Of a stretch of DNA of 20,000 nt, positions 1 through 9,634 are shown piece after piece. The notes under the pieces are model-generated. The model had not been told where the DNA came from and searched no databases. It saw nothing but the letters and a program-made list of their open reading frames with translations. The translations under genes were made by a program, and so were the position numbers. The stretch comes from Candidatus Limnocylindrales bacterium (lineage in GTDB: Bacteria > Moduliflexota > Moduliflexia > Moduliflexales > JAUQPW01). The stretch covers positions 55,986 through 75,985 of the forward strand of contig DATMBG010000050.1 of the NCBI GenBank assembly GCA_035559535.1, read 5' to 3'. Numbering within the stretch: position 1 is the first letter of the stretch; every line of letters starts with the position of its first letter.

Positions 1-1
1 A

Positions 2-1498
2 TATCGGGAGGTTCTGGCAGATATGGAAACCCCGGTATCGGCCTTTAAAAAAATTGATGGTGGTGATTACGCGTTCCTCTTAGAAAGTGTGGAGGGGGGA
101 GAAAAATGGGCTCGTTATAGTTTTCTGGGAAGTCGGCCTTCTATGATCTTCCGTTCTAAAGGGAAGGCCGTTGAAATTATTAAAGAAGGTAAATCGGAAA
201 CGGTAACCGTTAAAACGGATCCTTTAGACATTCTTAAAGACCTGATGGCACGATATAAACCGGTACAGGTAGAAGGGTTACCTCGTTTTTTTGGAGGGGC
301 CGTAGGGTACATTACCTATGACATGGTTCGGTTCTTTGAAAAGCTGCCCGATCTGAACGTAGACGATCTAAATCTTCCGGACTCTATTTTCATCTTTACA
401 GATCAACTTCTCATTTTCGATAATGTGGCCCATACCATCAAGGTGGTCTATAATGCCTATGTTAACGAAAACGCCTCTGAAGCAGAACTGGAGCAAATTT
501 ATCGCCATGCCATAGATATGGTGGATTTTCAGATCTTGCTTTTGAAACTCAAGGAACTTCAGAACGGAACCACTAAAGTAGAAGAACTTCTCAGAGCGTA
601 TTTACCCAGGCATTACCGGGATCCCTTACAGCAGAAGAAGCCATTAAGGTCTGTAACCTCCTTGACCCTTTCCTCAAATTTCCGAAAAGAAGAATTCGAG
701 AATGCGGTCAAAAAGGCTATTGAGTATGTAGAAGCCGGAGACATTATTCAGGTTGTTTTATCCCAAAGGTTGCAGACCTCCCTTTCGGCAGACCCGTTTG
801 ACGTCTACAGAGCTTTACGGACGATCAATCCTTCTCCTTACATGTTTTACTTAAAATTAAAAGATTTGTGGCTTGCGGGTTCCTCACCGGAGGTTTTAGT
901 CCGTTTGGAAAATGAGAGGATCGAGGTTCGTCCCATAGCCGGTACCCGCCGTCGGGGGCGTGATGATGAAGAGGATAAAAAACTCATGGCGGATTTGTTG
1001 GCCGATCCTAAGGAGCGAGCTGAACACGTCATGTTGGTAGACTTGGGGCGAAACGATGTAGGAAGGGTTTCCGAACCGGGAACCGTAGAAGTCAATGAGT
1101 TGATGGTTATCGAGAAATATTCCCATGTGATGCATATAGTTTCCAACGTCCGGGGCATCTTGAAGAAAGGTTGTGATGCCTTTGACGTCTTTCGTTCTTG
1201 TTTTCCGGCCGGAACGGTATCCGGTGCTCCCAAAATCCGGGCCATGGAGATTATTGAAGAACTGGAGCATACCCGCCGTGGTCCTTATGCCGGAGCTGTA
1301 GGTTATTTTAGTTTCTCTGGGAATATGGATACCTGCATCACCATCCGTACCATTGTAATGAAAGACCATATGGCCTACATTCAAGCCGGGGCCGGCATTG
1401 TGGCCGACTCTATTCCCGAAAAGGAATATGAAGAAACCATGAATAAAGCCAGGGCTATGATGAAGGCTATTGAAATGGCGGAGAGAGGACTGGATTGA
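2..1498 (+). CDS. trpE: Anthranilate synthase component I, 5'-truncated at the window edge
   Basis: Motifs LLESVEGGEKWARYSF, NPSPYMFY, SSPE, PIAGTRRRG, KERAEHVMLVDLGRND, FPAGTVSGAPK, CITIRT, QAGAGIVADS. The frame is open upstream of the ATG at 23 (YREVLAD-METP), matching the usual TrpE N-terminal stretch, so the true start is outside the window. Confidence 0.95.
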   Translation, partial: YREVLADMETPVSAFKKIDGGDYAFLLESVEGGEKWARYSFLGSRPSMIFRSKGKAVEIIKEGKSETVTVKTDPLDILKDLMARYKPVQVEGLPRFFGGAVGYITYDMVRFFEKLPDLNVDDLNLPDSIFIFTDQLLIFDNVAHTIKVVYNAYVNENASEAELEQIYRHAIDMVDFQILLLKLKELQNGTTKVEELLRAYLPRHYRDPLQQKKPLRSVTSLTLSSNFRKEEFENAVKKAIEYVEAGDIIQVVLSQRLQTSLSADPFDVYRALRTINPSPYMFYLKLKDLWLAGSSPEVLVRLENERIEVRPIAGTRRRGRDDEEDKKLMADLLADPKERAEHVMLVDLGRNDVGRVSEPGTVEVNELMVIEKYSHVMHIVSNVRGILKKGCDAFDVFRSCFPAGTVSGAPKIRAMEIIEELEHTRRGPYAGAVGYFSFSGNMDTCITIRTIVMKDHMAYIQAGAGIVADSIPEKEYEETMNKARAMMKAIEMAERGLD

Positions 1499-1523
1499 AA
1501 AGAAAAGTATTCTCCCCAAAGGG

Positions 1524-1560
1524 CCCCAAAGAACTTCCAAAAGTCTAGAAAACTTTGGGG
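1524..1560. repeat. Intergenic inverted repeat (CCCCAAAG...CTTTGGGG) between trpE and trpG
   Basis: ccccaaag at 1524-1531 pairs with ctttgggg at 1553-1560; a second ccccaaag lies at 1514-1521. No U-tract follows. Confidence 0.5.
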
Positions 1561-1581
1561 TTCTGGGGGTAAATTAAACCT

Positions 1582-2145
1582 ATGATTCTGATGATTGATA
1601 ATTACGATTCGTTTACTTATAATTTAGTCCAGTATCTCAGCGAATTGGGCGCTGAGGTTCAAACCTATCGTAACGATCAAATAACCCTTGCAGAGATCGA
1701 AGCGCTCGCTCCGGAAAAGATTGTCATCTCTCCGGGACCCTGTTCCCCGGCAGAGGCCGGAATTTCCGTAGAGCTTATCCGACACTTCTACACGAAAATA
1801 CCCATTCTAGGGGTCTGTCTGGGTCATCAAAGCATCGGAGCCGCTTTTGGTGGTGAAGTCGTTCGGGCGGACCGAATCATGCATGGAAAAACCTCCATGA
1901 TTTATCATGATGGAAAAACTATTTTTCGAGATTTAGAAAACCCTTTTGAAGCAACCCGCTATCATTCACTTATCGTAAAACGAGAGACCCTTCCTCCTTG
2001 TCTGGAGATCAGTGCTGAGACCAAAGAGAAAGAAATTATGGGATTACGCCACCGGGAGTATCCCATAGAAGGGGTTCAGTTTCACCCGGAGTCTATCTTA
2101 ACTCCGATGGGGAAAAAATTATTGAAAAATTTTCTACAAAACTAA
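1582..2145 (+). CDS. trpG: Anthranilate synthase component II (TrpG/PabA class I glutamine amidotransferase)
   Basis: [19 protein letters not shown], catalytic [20 protein letters not shown]; adjacent to trpE. Confidence 0.95.
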   Translation: MILMIDNYDSFTYNLVQYLSELGAEVQTYRNDQITLAEIEALAPEKIVISPGPCSPAEAGISVELIRHFYTKIPILGVCLGHQSIGAAFGGEVVRADRIMHGKTSMIYHDGKTIFRDLENPFEATRYHSLIVKRETLPPCLEISAETKEKEIMGLRHREYPIEGVQFHPESILTPMGKKLLKNFLQN

Positions 2146-2255
2146 GATTAAAAATATCCTTTTGTAAGATCGGAAGAGTGAAAGATTATCCAGGGTCTCT
2201 AAGGTTTTAAAGACCTTGGGGAACCCGTTCCAGGATAGTTTCTAAAAGGAATTTT

Positions 2256-3302
2256 ATGGAAAAAAAACGGATATTGACCGGAGATCGTCCTACCGGTAAG
2301 CTACACCTGGGTCACTACGTGGGTACCCTGGCAAATAGAATTCGACTTCAATACGAATATGAGAGTTTTTTCATCATTGCCGACCTGCATATGCTCACCA
2401 CCCGAAATGCACCGGAAGATATCGCCCAGAGTGCCCAAAACATTCGGGACCTGGTCCTGGACTCCTTAGCTGCAGGGATCGATCCGGCAGTTGCTACCTT
2501 CTATATTCAATCTGCGGTTCCCGAAGTTTGTGAACTTTATACCCTCTTCCAGAATTTGATCACCGTCCCACGGCTGGAGCGATTGCCCAGTTTGAAAGAA
2601 ATGGCCCGGGATGCCAACAAAGAAGAAATGCCCTTTGGATTGCTGGGCTATCCGGTCCTCCAGGCAGCAGATATCCTCTGCGTTCGCGCTCATCTGGTTC
2701 CTGTGGGAAAAGATAATATAGCCCATGTAGAAGTCACCCGAGAGATTGCCCGCCGCTTCAATCACCTCTACGGGGAAGTCTTTCCCATACCGGAGGGACT
2801 CGTTGGAGAGGTGCCGACCTTAGTCGGTACCGATGGACAGACCAAAATGAGTAAAAGCCTGGGTAACGCTATTTTCTTAAGTGATGATGCCCAAACGGTA
2901 CGAAAGAAAGTCTTCAGCATGTATACCGATCCGGCTCGAATTCGTGCCGACATTCCGGGACGGGTTGAAGGAAATCCGGTCTTTATCTATCACGATACCT
3001 TCAACCCTAACAAAGAAGAGGTAGAAGACCTTAAAACCCGATACCGACAGGGTCGGGTCGGAGACTGGGAAGTTAAAGAAAAACTTGCCAGGGCCCTCAA
3101 CCAATTCTTGGAACCTATCCGGGAACGTCGGGCTTTTTATGAAAATCAACCCGGATTTATAGAAGAAATTATTTACAAAGGAACCCTTCGCGTTCGTGGG
3201 GAAGCGAAGGCAACCTTACAGGCTGCAAGAAAAGCCATGGGACTTACCCAGGTTTGGGACCAATTCAAACTCACTTCATCTGATCAAAGGGATTCTCATT
3301 GA
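2256..3302 (+). CDS. trpS: Tryptophan--tRNA ligase
   Basis: [13 protein letters not shown] (HIGH motif), [26 protein letters not shown]. Confidence 0.96.
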   Translation: MEKKRILTGDRPTGKLHLGHYVGTLANRIRLQYEYESFFIIADLHMLTTRNAPEDIAQSAQNIRDLVLDSLAAGIDPAVATFYIQSAVPEVCELYTLFQNLITVPRLERLPSLKEMARDANKEEMPFGLLGYPVLQAADILCVRAHLVPVGKDNIAHVEVTREIARRFNHLYGEVFPIPEGLVGEVPTLVGTDGQTKMSKSLGNAIFLSDDAQTVRKKVFSMYTDPARIRADIPGRVEGNPVFIYHDTFNPNKEEVEDLKTRYRQGRVGDWEVKEKLARALNQFLEPIRERRAFYENQPGFIEEIIYKGTLRVRGEAKATLQAARKAMGLTQVWDQFKLTSSDQRDSH

Positions 3303-3912
3303 TAACATCCAGATGACTTGTATCGTTGATAACAATACGGGTAACTTCGGTACCGTTAATATCAACAATGCTTGCAGAGGCGTTATTCTGATGGATCTCT
3401 CGATGGCGGGATAAACCTATCCCGAGAAGGCTGGCCAGAATGATTCGGTTGATTTGAGCATGGGCCACGACGGCTACCGCGCCTGAAGGATATTTCTCGA
3501 TGATAGACTTAATAACAGGCATAGCCCGGGCTTGCGCTATGACCGGAGACTCACCTTGAGGGACGGGAAAGTCAACCTCCCCGGCTTTCCAACGGGCTAT
3601 AATTTTATTAAGCTCCCCCATGGTAATTTCATTGATGGGTTGTCCCGTTAAAAAACCATAATCAAATTCGTTAAGTTCTGGAACAGGTTGAAAGGTCAAC
3701 CCGCAGATCCGTGCAATTTCCTCAGCCGTCTCCCTGGCCCGTCTCAACGCACTGGAGTAAATGGCCTTCAAATTCTCCGATTTAAATCGCTGTCCAAGAG
3801 CTTTAGCCTGTCTTCGTCCTAAAGGACTTAAGGCGGGGTCGAGATCCCCACCTTGAAATATGCCTGCCGAATTGAGCTCACTTTCGCCATGTCGAATTAA
3901 AATCAGTCTCAT
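3271..3912 (-). CDS. Histidine phosphatase family protein (phosphoglycerate mutase/CobC-like)
   Basis: N-terminal LIRHGES motif, [27 protein letters not shown] and NAS motifs; 32-nt convergent overlap with the trpS 3' end. Confidence 0.93.
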   Translation of the reverse strand: MRLILIRHGESELNSAGIFQGGDLDPALSPLGRRQAKALGQRFKSENLKAIYSSALRRARETAEEIARICGLTFQPVPELNEFDYGFLTGQPINEITMGELNKIIARWKAGEVDFPVPQGESPVIAQARAMPVIKSIIEKYPSGAVAVVAHAQINRIILASLLGIGLSRHREIHQNNASASIVDINGTEVTRIVINDTSHLDVINENPFDQMK

Positions 3913-3922
3913 TTTGCCAGCT

Positions 3923-4330
3923 TCCCTGAAGGGTCACGAAAAACCACCTGGAAAGAAACCTGATAACCACTCGCCCTGTTACCTAGAGATAATCCCCTAC
4001 CTGTCAAGCTAAGGAATAAAAAATCCCATATAGCGACCTGTTTACAGCTCTCCTCCTAAACCACCATCTGAACCTGGAAGCAAAGGTGTACCCCCTTGTA
4101 ATTTGATGAATAGGGTCCCTCCGCCTGGGTTTCTGGGGCCTGGGAGTGCAAGCCAGGACGCCCGTACTTTGATAAACAGGATCATCCCAGTGGGGTCTCT
4201 AAAAGCTAGCTTGATCCATGGGGAAACTCCCTTACCACCTCACCCTTCAACAGAATACCGCTTAGATCCTATCTTAATAGGGAAATGGTATAAAATAATT
4301 TCCCCGTGATCCTTCGTGGCCCTTCAGGGA
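3923..4330. repeat. 18-bp inverted repeat pair bracketing about 370 bp of noncoding DNA
   Basis: tccctgaagggtcacgaa (3923-3940) versus the reverse complement of 4313-4330, tccctgaagggccacgaa: 17/18 identical. Confidence 0.7.
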
Positions 4331-4410
4331 TATATTTAGCTTTTCCTAAAGTAGAACTGAGGTATCCCCCCTGTCAATAAGATTCTTTACCTAAAACCCC
4401 AGGAAAGTCA

Positions 4411-4561
4411 TTGACACTTTTCGGATTCAACGTTACAACTATATTTAATTAATCCTGTTATAACAAAGGATGCTGGTTCAATTTTGAAATGAGCCGTCAA
4501 CGACAAAAAACCTGATGGAATCTAAAGAGGTATTGACTTTGTGATGTAAAGTAACTAACTA
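4411..4561 (+). promoter_or_regulatory. Two candidate sigma70-type promoters upstream of the moxR cluster
   Basis: TTGACA at 4411-4416 with TACAAC 17 bp later; TTGACT at 4533-4538 with TAACTA 17 bp later. The -10 matches are weak. AT-rich context. Confidence 0.35.
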
Positions 4562-4640
4562 TTCATTTTGAATTATTGCTGAAACGGGTTATAAGTTCTT
4601 TCGAAGCCAGGAGTAAGCGGTTAATTACCGATAATTCATC

Positions 4641-4668
4641 ACAGACTACAGCTTACAGACTACAGATT
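4641..4668 (+). repeat. 4x heptamer tandem repeat
   Basis: acagact acagctt acagact acagatt, ending 8 bp before the moxR ATG. Confidence 0.8.
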
Positions 4669-4676
4669 ACGAACCC

Positions 4677-5720
4677 ATGAAAAAACATAAAAAGAGTGAG
4701 TTATTGCTCAAGGAGGCTCACCCTGAGGTTCAGGCAGATGCTTATCGAGAATCCTTAGAAGAGTATCATACGAAAATCCAGGACCTTAAAGAGGAGATCC
4801 AGCGGGTGATTGTAGGGCAAAATCAGATGATCGACAGCCTCCTTATCGGACTCCTTGCAAACGGGCATATCCTTCTGGAAGGTGTTCCAGGCCTTGCTAA
4901 AACTTTAACCATCAAAACCTTTGCTAAAGCCATGTCGGCCAGCTTTCAACGGATCCAATTCACGCCAGACTTGTTACCAGCCGATGTGATTGGAACTCTC
5001 ATTTATAATCCTAAAGATGCCGAGTTTGTTCCTAAGTTAGGTCCTATCTTTGCTCATTTTGTTCTGGCCGATGAGATCAACCGGGCTCCTGCCAAAGTAC
5101 AGAGCGCTCTTCTGGAGGCTATGCAAGAAAGACAGGTTACCATCGGCAAAGAAACCCACCTTCTCCCTGAACCTTTTCTTGTTCTGGCCACGCAAAATCC
5201 CATTGAACAGGAAGGGACCTATAACCTTCCAGAAGCCCAGGTGGATCGTTTTATGTTGAAGGTTAAGGTAGGCTATCCGGATTTACAGGAGGAAAAAGAA
5301 ATTATCCATCGAGACTTTGACACCATCAAAATCAACCCGGTCCTGGCCCCTGAAGAAGTAACAGAGATCCGACACCTGATCCATAAAACAATTTACATGG
5401 ATGAAAAGATAGAAGATTACCTTCTACTCATTATCTTCGCTACCCGAAAAAATAAGGAGATTTTGCAGAAATTTGGATTGGAGGCGTTGGCCCCTTATAT
5501 CCGGTATGGTTCTTCCCCTCGAGGTTCTCAAGCCCTTAAAACTGCCGCTCTGGTTCAGGCTTATTTACAGGGGCGATGGTATGTGATTCCGGAAGATATC
5601 GAGGCGGTCGTCCTGAGTGTTCTCCGCCATCGGGTTATCCTTTCCCCAAAGGCAGAGGCCGAGGAAAAAACAGCCGACGAGATATTAGAACAGGTTTTGG
5701 AGAAGATTCCTGTCCCCTGA
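4677..5720 (+). CDS. moxR: MoxR-family AAA+ ATPase (MoxR-proper/MxaR-like)
   Basis: HILLEGVPGLAKT (Walker A), RIQFTPDLLPAD, LADEINRAPAKVQSALLEAMQE (Walker B), ATQNPIEQEGTYNLPEAQVDRF, GSSPRG, VLRHR. Confidence 0.96.
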   Translation: MKKHKKSELLLKEAHPEVQADAYRESLEEYHTKIQDLKEEIQRVIVGQNQMIDSLLIGLLANGHILLEGVPGLAKTLTIKTFAKAMSASFQRIQFTPDLLPADVIGTLIYNPKDAEFVPKLGPIFAHFVLADEINRAPAKVQSALLEAMQERQVTIGKETHLLPEPFLVLATQNPIEQEGTYNLPEAQVDRFMLKVKVGYPDLQEEKEIIHRDFDTIKINPVLAPEEVTEIRHLIHKTIYMDEKIEDYLLLIIFATRKNKEILQKFGLEALAPYIRYGSSPRGSQALKTAALVQAYLQGRWYVIPEDIEAVVLSVLRHRVILSPKAEAEEKTADEILEQVLEKIPVP

Positions 5721-5797
5721 AGCAAGTGCAGAAGGGTGAGCAGATAAGAGATAAGAAAGCATGACCCTGTTGTCCTTTATCTTTACCTTGGGTATAA

Positions 5798-6676
5798 ATG
5801 GATCGTAGCGATGTTCTGAAAAAGAAACAACGCCTAGAGCTTTTTACCAGGCTTAAGACCCTCAGTCCGCTGGCCGGGGAATGGGACAGTTCTTTGGAAG
5901 GAGAAGGTTCTGATCTGTCTGAGATTCGGGAATACCAGCCCGGGGATGATATCCGAAAAATCGATTGGAAAACCACGGCAAAAATGGGCCAGTTTTATAT
6001 GAAGACTTTCCTGGCCGAACGTGATCTAACAGTTATGATCCTTTTAGATCAAAGTCGATCGATGCGGTTTGGATCCCTGGCCAGGAAGAAACAGGAAACC
6101 CAGGCCATGGTCGTAGGACTTCTGGCTCTGTCCGCTCTTGTAAAAAATAACCGGGTAGGACTTATCGGATTTACCGATCAGATTGAAACGTATATTCCTC
6201 CCCAGCGGGGACGCGGACATCTGTGGAAAATTATCGATGTTCTTCTCACCGAACCGAAAAATCCAAAAACGAGCTTAAAATGTGCCCTGGATTGGTTGGA
6301 AGCCCGAGTAAAAAAAAGCCTGGTTTTCATCGTTTCAGATTTTCTCATCGATCCGGCAGAGTTTGAGCTTCTTCGCTATCTCAACAAAGAGTACGATCTT
6401 ATTCCTGTAATTATCGAAGATCAGCGGGAGCTGGAGCTTCCTAAAGGGAAGGGGCTCGTAAGACTCCAGGACATGGAAACAGGTCAGATCCTCCTGTGGG
6501 ATGCCGTCCAGGATGGAGAGGTATTTGCTGCGTTGATGCAAAAATGGAGACAAACCCGGCAAGAAGCCTTTTCTGCCTTGGGATTGGATTATGTCACTTT
6601 TTCAACAGAAGAGGATACCTATGTAGAAAAAATCGACGCCCTCTTCCAGAAGAGACGAATGCGAAGGGTGAATTAA
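5798..6676 (+). CDS. DUF58 / vWA-like MoxR partner (MxaS-like position)
   Basis: REYQPGDDIRKIDWKTTAK signature, MIDAS-like DQSRSM, VSDF; directly after moxR. Confidence 0.93.
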   Translation: MDRSDVLKKKQRLELFTRLKTLSPLAGEWDSSLEGEGSDLSEIREYQPGDDIRKIDWKTTAKMGQFYMKTFLAERDLTVMILLDQSRSMRFGSLARKKQETQAMVVGLLALSALVKNNRVGLIGFTDQIETYIPPQRGRGHLWKIIDVLLTEPKNPKTSLKCALDWLEARVKKSLVFIVSDFLIDPAEFELLRYLNKEYDLIPVIIEDQRELELPKGKGLVRLQDMETGQILLWDAVQDGEVFAALMQKWRQTRQEAFSALGLDYVTFSTEEDTYVEKIDALFQKRRMRRVN

Positions 6677-6756
6677 TGGCCTCTGGGATCCGTAATTCCC
6701 CCAGTCCACGGGGGGATGGAAGGGAGGCTTTTTCCTTTTATCTGTAATAACGGACC

Positions 6757-8400
6757 ATGAATAAAAGACCCATGAATGTTTTCGTTTATTTACTCTTCTT
6801 CTTTTTTTTGGAAATCAATTCCTGGGTTTCTGCCCAGGCCCTTCAGGATATCGTAAGATCTCCATCCAATCCCTCAAATACCGCTACACCCAATAAGGCC
6901 AAATTTGTCATTACCGATTTTTACTACCGGGATGACGAAGGGAAAAAAGTTCCCTTGGTCCTCTACTTGAAAGCCTTTGCAGTCCGGCTTAGACCCGGGG
7001 TTAAACCGGAGAGTTTCATGGGCCTTTATAAAGAGGATTCCAGAGTAGCAGGAATTACAGATCGACCGGATTTAAACCTTTTGATTGTGCAGGTCAAGAA
7101 AGAGATTCAATCCGATCAGAATCTCTTAGATATCCTCAATGAAGTCAATACCAGTTCGTCCATGGTTCAATTTGCAACGCCTATTGTTCAAACTCAGGGA
7201 AAAACGCTGATATTGACCGATGAGTTCACGGCCAGATTTAAATCCTTTGTTACTCCTGAAGAGATTAATGAATTTAATAAAAAACATCAACTGGAAAGAC
7301 TCTCAGTAGAGAAAGAGAACAATAAGTACCAACTTTTTGTTTTACAACTGACCCCGGCTTCGGATAAAAATATTCTTCAGATGGTTCATACCTATGAAGA
7401 AAGTGATCTGGTTAAAAATGCGCGGCCCCGATTCCTCTCTCTTCCAAAACCCCTGGTTGTAAAGGCCTATTTAACCCCTTCGGTTGTTAATCCAGGAGAT
7501 CCGGTCCTGTACCGGTTACAGATAATTCGAGACGAGAATGTCCAGATTGAAGAATCGCTTCTTTCGCCGGGTTCCATTAATCTCAAACCGGCTCATTTAG
7601 ATGCCAAGGCGTTCAAAATCCTGGATGATCCTGGCAGCCCTTTGCCAGGAACTCAATCCGAATCACGGACCGAAGATAATCAGATCCTCACGACCAGGAA
7701 TTATCGGCTGGTGTTTTATGCCCCCGGAGAATACGAAATTCCTTCTGTTAACATCCTTTATACGATTAAAAAAGAAGGATCTGATCAGGGGCCTGGAGAA
7801 ACTCAAGAAATCCAGACAGATCCCATACCGGTTAAAGTCGTCTCTCTACTTCCGGCAAACATGAAGGACATTAACGGTATTCCTTTAGAAGGGCCTTTAA
7901 CAAACCTGCCGGAGATATCTAAATTTTCTGCCTATCGTACCTTGTTGTTAGGATTTATACTCCTTATTTTTTCCCTGGTCGGCCTGTTCCTGCTGATCTA
8001 CACCTGGACCAGACAAAGCAAGGAACGGTCCCTTAAAGAAGTTTCCGGAAAAGAAAAAGCCGTTTCAGAACTGAAAAAGTTAGAGGAATATCTTCAAGGA
8101 GAAGCAAGTCAACCGGTTTCATCCATCCTGTATGAACAGATCCCTCGCTCCTTTCGGAAAGCTTTGGGCTTATTCTATGGGTTTCCTGCAGAGTCGGGTT
8201 CTACCTCGAAAGTTCTGAAGCAATTGGAATCTCTCAAGGCCGAGACGGTGGTTTACAAAGCAACGCAACTTATCCTTCAGGAATACGGCGATAAGCGATT
8301 TTTACCCAGAGATCTCCGACCTGTTCCCGTTCAACAGGAAGTTGAAAAGATTTTATCGACCGTGCGGGAAGTAGCACAGCATTTTGAGAATTGTCTTTAA
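6757..8400 (+). CDS. Exported, membrane-anchored protein: signal peptide, subtilase-propeptide-like region, BatD/MxaA-like Ig-fold domain, TM helix, C-terminal helical domain
   Basis: Hydrophobic N-terminus ending in AQA; VNPGDPVLYRLQI...YRLVFYAPGEYEIPSVNILY...TDPIPVKVVSLLP resembles BatD/MxaA-type domains; TM segment LLLGFILLIFSLVGLFLLIYTW. The N-terminal domain call is by eye only. Confidence 0.65.
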   Translation: MNKRPMNVFVYLLFFFFLEINSWVSAQALQDIVRSPSNPSNTATPNKAKFVITDFYYRDDEGKKVPLVLYLKAFAVRLRPGVKPESFMGLYKEDSRVAGITDRPDLNLLIVQVKKEIQSDQNLLDILNEVNTSSSMVQFATPIVQTQGKTLILTDEFTARFKSFVTPEEINEFNKKHQLERLSVEKENNKYQLFVLQLTPASDKNILQMVHTYEESDLVKNARPRFLSLPKPLVVKAYLTPSVVNPGDPVLYRLQIIRDENVQIEESLLSPGSINLKPAHLDAKAFKILDDPGSPLPGTQSESRTEDNQILTTRNYRLVFYAPGEYEIPSVNILYTIKKEGSDQGPGETQEIQTDPIPVKVVSLLPANMKDINGIPLEGPLTNLPEISKFSAYRTLLLGFILLIFSLVGLFLLIYTWTRQSKERSLKEVSGKEKAVSELKKLEEYLQGEASQPVSSILYEQIPRSFRKALGLFYGFPAESGSTSKVLKQLESLKAETVVYKATQLILQEYGDKRFLPRDLRPVPVQQEVEKILSTVREVAQHFENCL

Positions 8401-8470
8401 TCTTTTATTTTGTACGTTGTTGGTTGTCCATTAGGGTGAAGACGGTGAACAGCGGATAAAACAGGCAGGT

Positions 8471-9616
8471 ATGAAGTATCTTCATCTGATCTGGAAAAAT
8501 GCCATGCGGAATAAAATTCGGAGCATTCTAACCATTTTAAGTCTGGCTATTTCCTTGTTTCTGCTGACGACCATTCTGGCCTTCTGGACTACCCTTAATC
8601 GGACTCCGGATAGTCTGGATGCCCAACTACGATTGGTTGTTCGCCATGCTGTATCTTTAGCGAATATGCTTCCTATGTCCTATCAACAGGAAATTGAGAA
8701 GATCCCGGGGGTCAAACAGGTGGTTCCCATGCAATGGTTCGGGGGGGTTTATATCGATGAAAAGAATTTCTTTGCCCAGTTTGCCACAGAGCCCGATAAA
8801 ATTTTTGAAATGTATAGCGAATATCAAATCCCTCCGGATCAACTGGAGAGTTTCATCAAGGATCGGACCGGAGTTGTCGTAGGGAAGACCCTGGCAGATC
8901 GATTTAACTGGAAAGTAGGAGATCGAATTACCCTGATAGGTCGTATTTTTCCTGTAAATATGGAGTTAACCATTCGAGGTATTTACACGGCTCCAACCAA
9001 GGAAGATGCCAGTGCGGTTTTTTTTAGTCGAGAATATTGGAATGAAGCCATGGGGCGACCTAATGTGATAGGAACTTTTGCAGTTAAAGCCAAGAGTATT
9101 GAGGATATCCCCCGGATTATCGATGCCATCGATGCGCGGTTTCAGAACTCGATAGCCCAAACTAAGACGGAGACAGAAAAAGCTTTTCAACTCAGCTTTG
9201 TTTCCATGTTAGGAAATGTCAAGCTTTTAATTGCCAGTGTCAACGCGGTGGTCTTGTTCGCCATTCTATTGGTGGTAGCCAATACCATGGCCATTGCCAT
9301 GCGGGAGCGAACGCGGGAAGTGGCTATTTTGAAAACGGTCGGTTTTCGCCGTAAAACCCTTCTGCTGCTTCTTATTTCAGAATCCCTGCTCATTTGCTTC
9401 TTGGGGTGGGTTTTGGGATGTTTAGGAGCCTGGTTGATCTGGTCTTCGGTCGATCTAACCAATATGGGAGGCGGATTTTTAAGTCAGCTCTATGTGACTC
9501 CTTCTATTTTAGGATTAGGTTTGATCGTCGCGTTTTTACTCGGTTTGTTCAGTGCCGGAATCCCGGTCTGGCATGCATCGCAAATTACCGTGGCTCAGGC
9601 ACTGAGACAATTGTAA
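8471..9616 (+). CDS. ABC transporter permease (MacB periplasmic domain + FtsX)
   Basis: RNKIRSILT followed by a TM helix, large periplasmic region, NTMAIAMRERTREVAILKTVGF, three C-terminal TM helices. Confidence 0.93.
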   Translation: MKYLHLIWKNAMRNKIRSILTILSLAISLFLLTTILAFWTTLNRTPDSLDAQLRLVVRHAVSLANMLPMSYQQEIEKIPGVKQVVPMQWFGGVYIDEKNFFAQFATEPDKIFEMYSEYQIPPDQLESFIKDRTGVVVGKTLADRFNWKVGDRITLIGRIFPVNMELTIRGIYTAPTKEDASAVFFSREYWNEAMGRPNVIGTFAVKAKSIEDIPRIIDAIDARFQNSIAQTKTETEKAFQLSFVSMLGNVKLLIASVNAVVLFAILLVVANTMAIAMRERTREVAILKTVGFRRKTLLLLLISESLLICFLGWVLGCLGAWLIWSSVDLTNMGGGFLSQLYVTPSILGLGLIVAFLLGLFSAGIPVWHASQITVAQALRQL

Positions 9617-9634
9617 AGAAGGAGAGGGAAGGCA

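Noticed and set aside
896-1540. Long antisense ORFs such as 896-1540, 11849-12523 and 16915-17307
   Set aside because: Shadow frames opposite well-supported genes, with no motifs of their own.
4103-4309. 68-aa intergenic ORF
   Set aside because: No RBS, no recognisable motif, composition consistent with a chance ORF.
6676-6747. 23-aa ORF starting in the TAATG overlap with the DUF58 stop
   Set aside because: Too short to support; mostly a GC-rich hairpin (tccccc/ggggga). It cannot be excluded as a coupling peptide.
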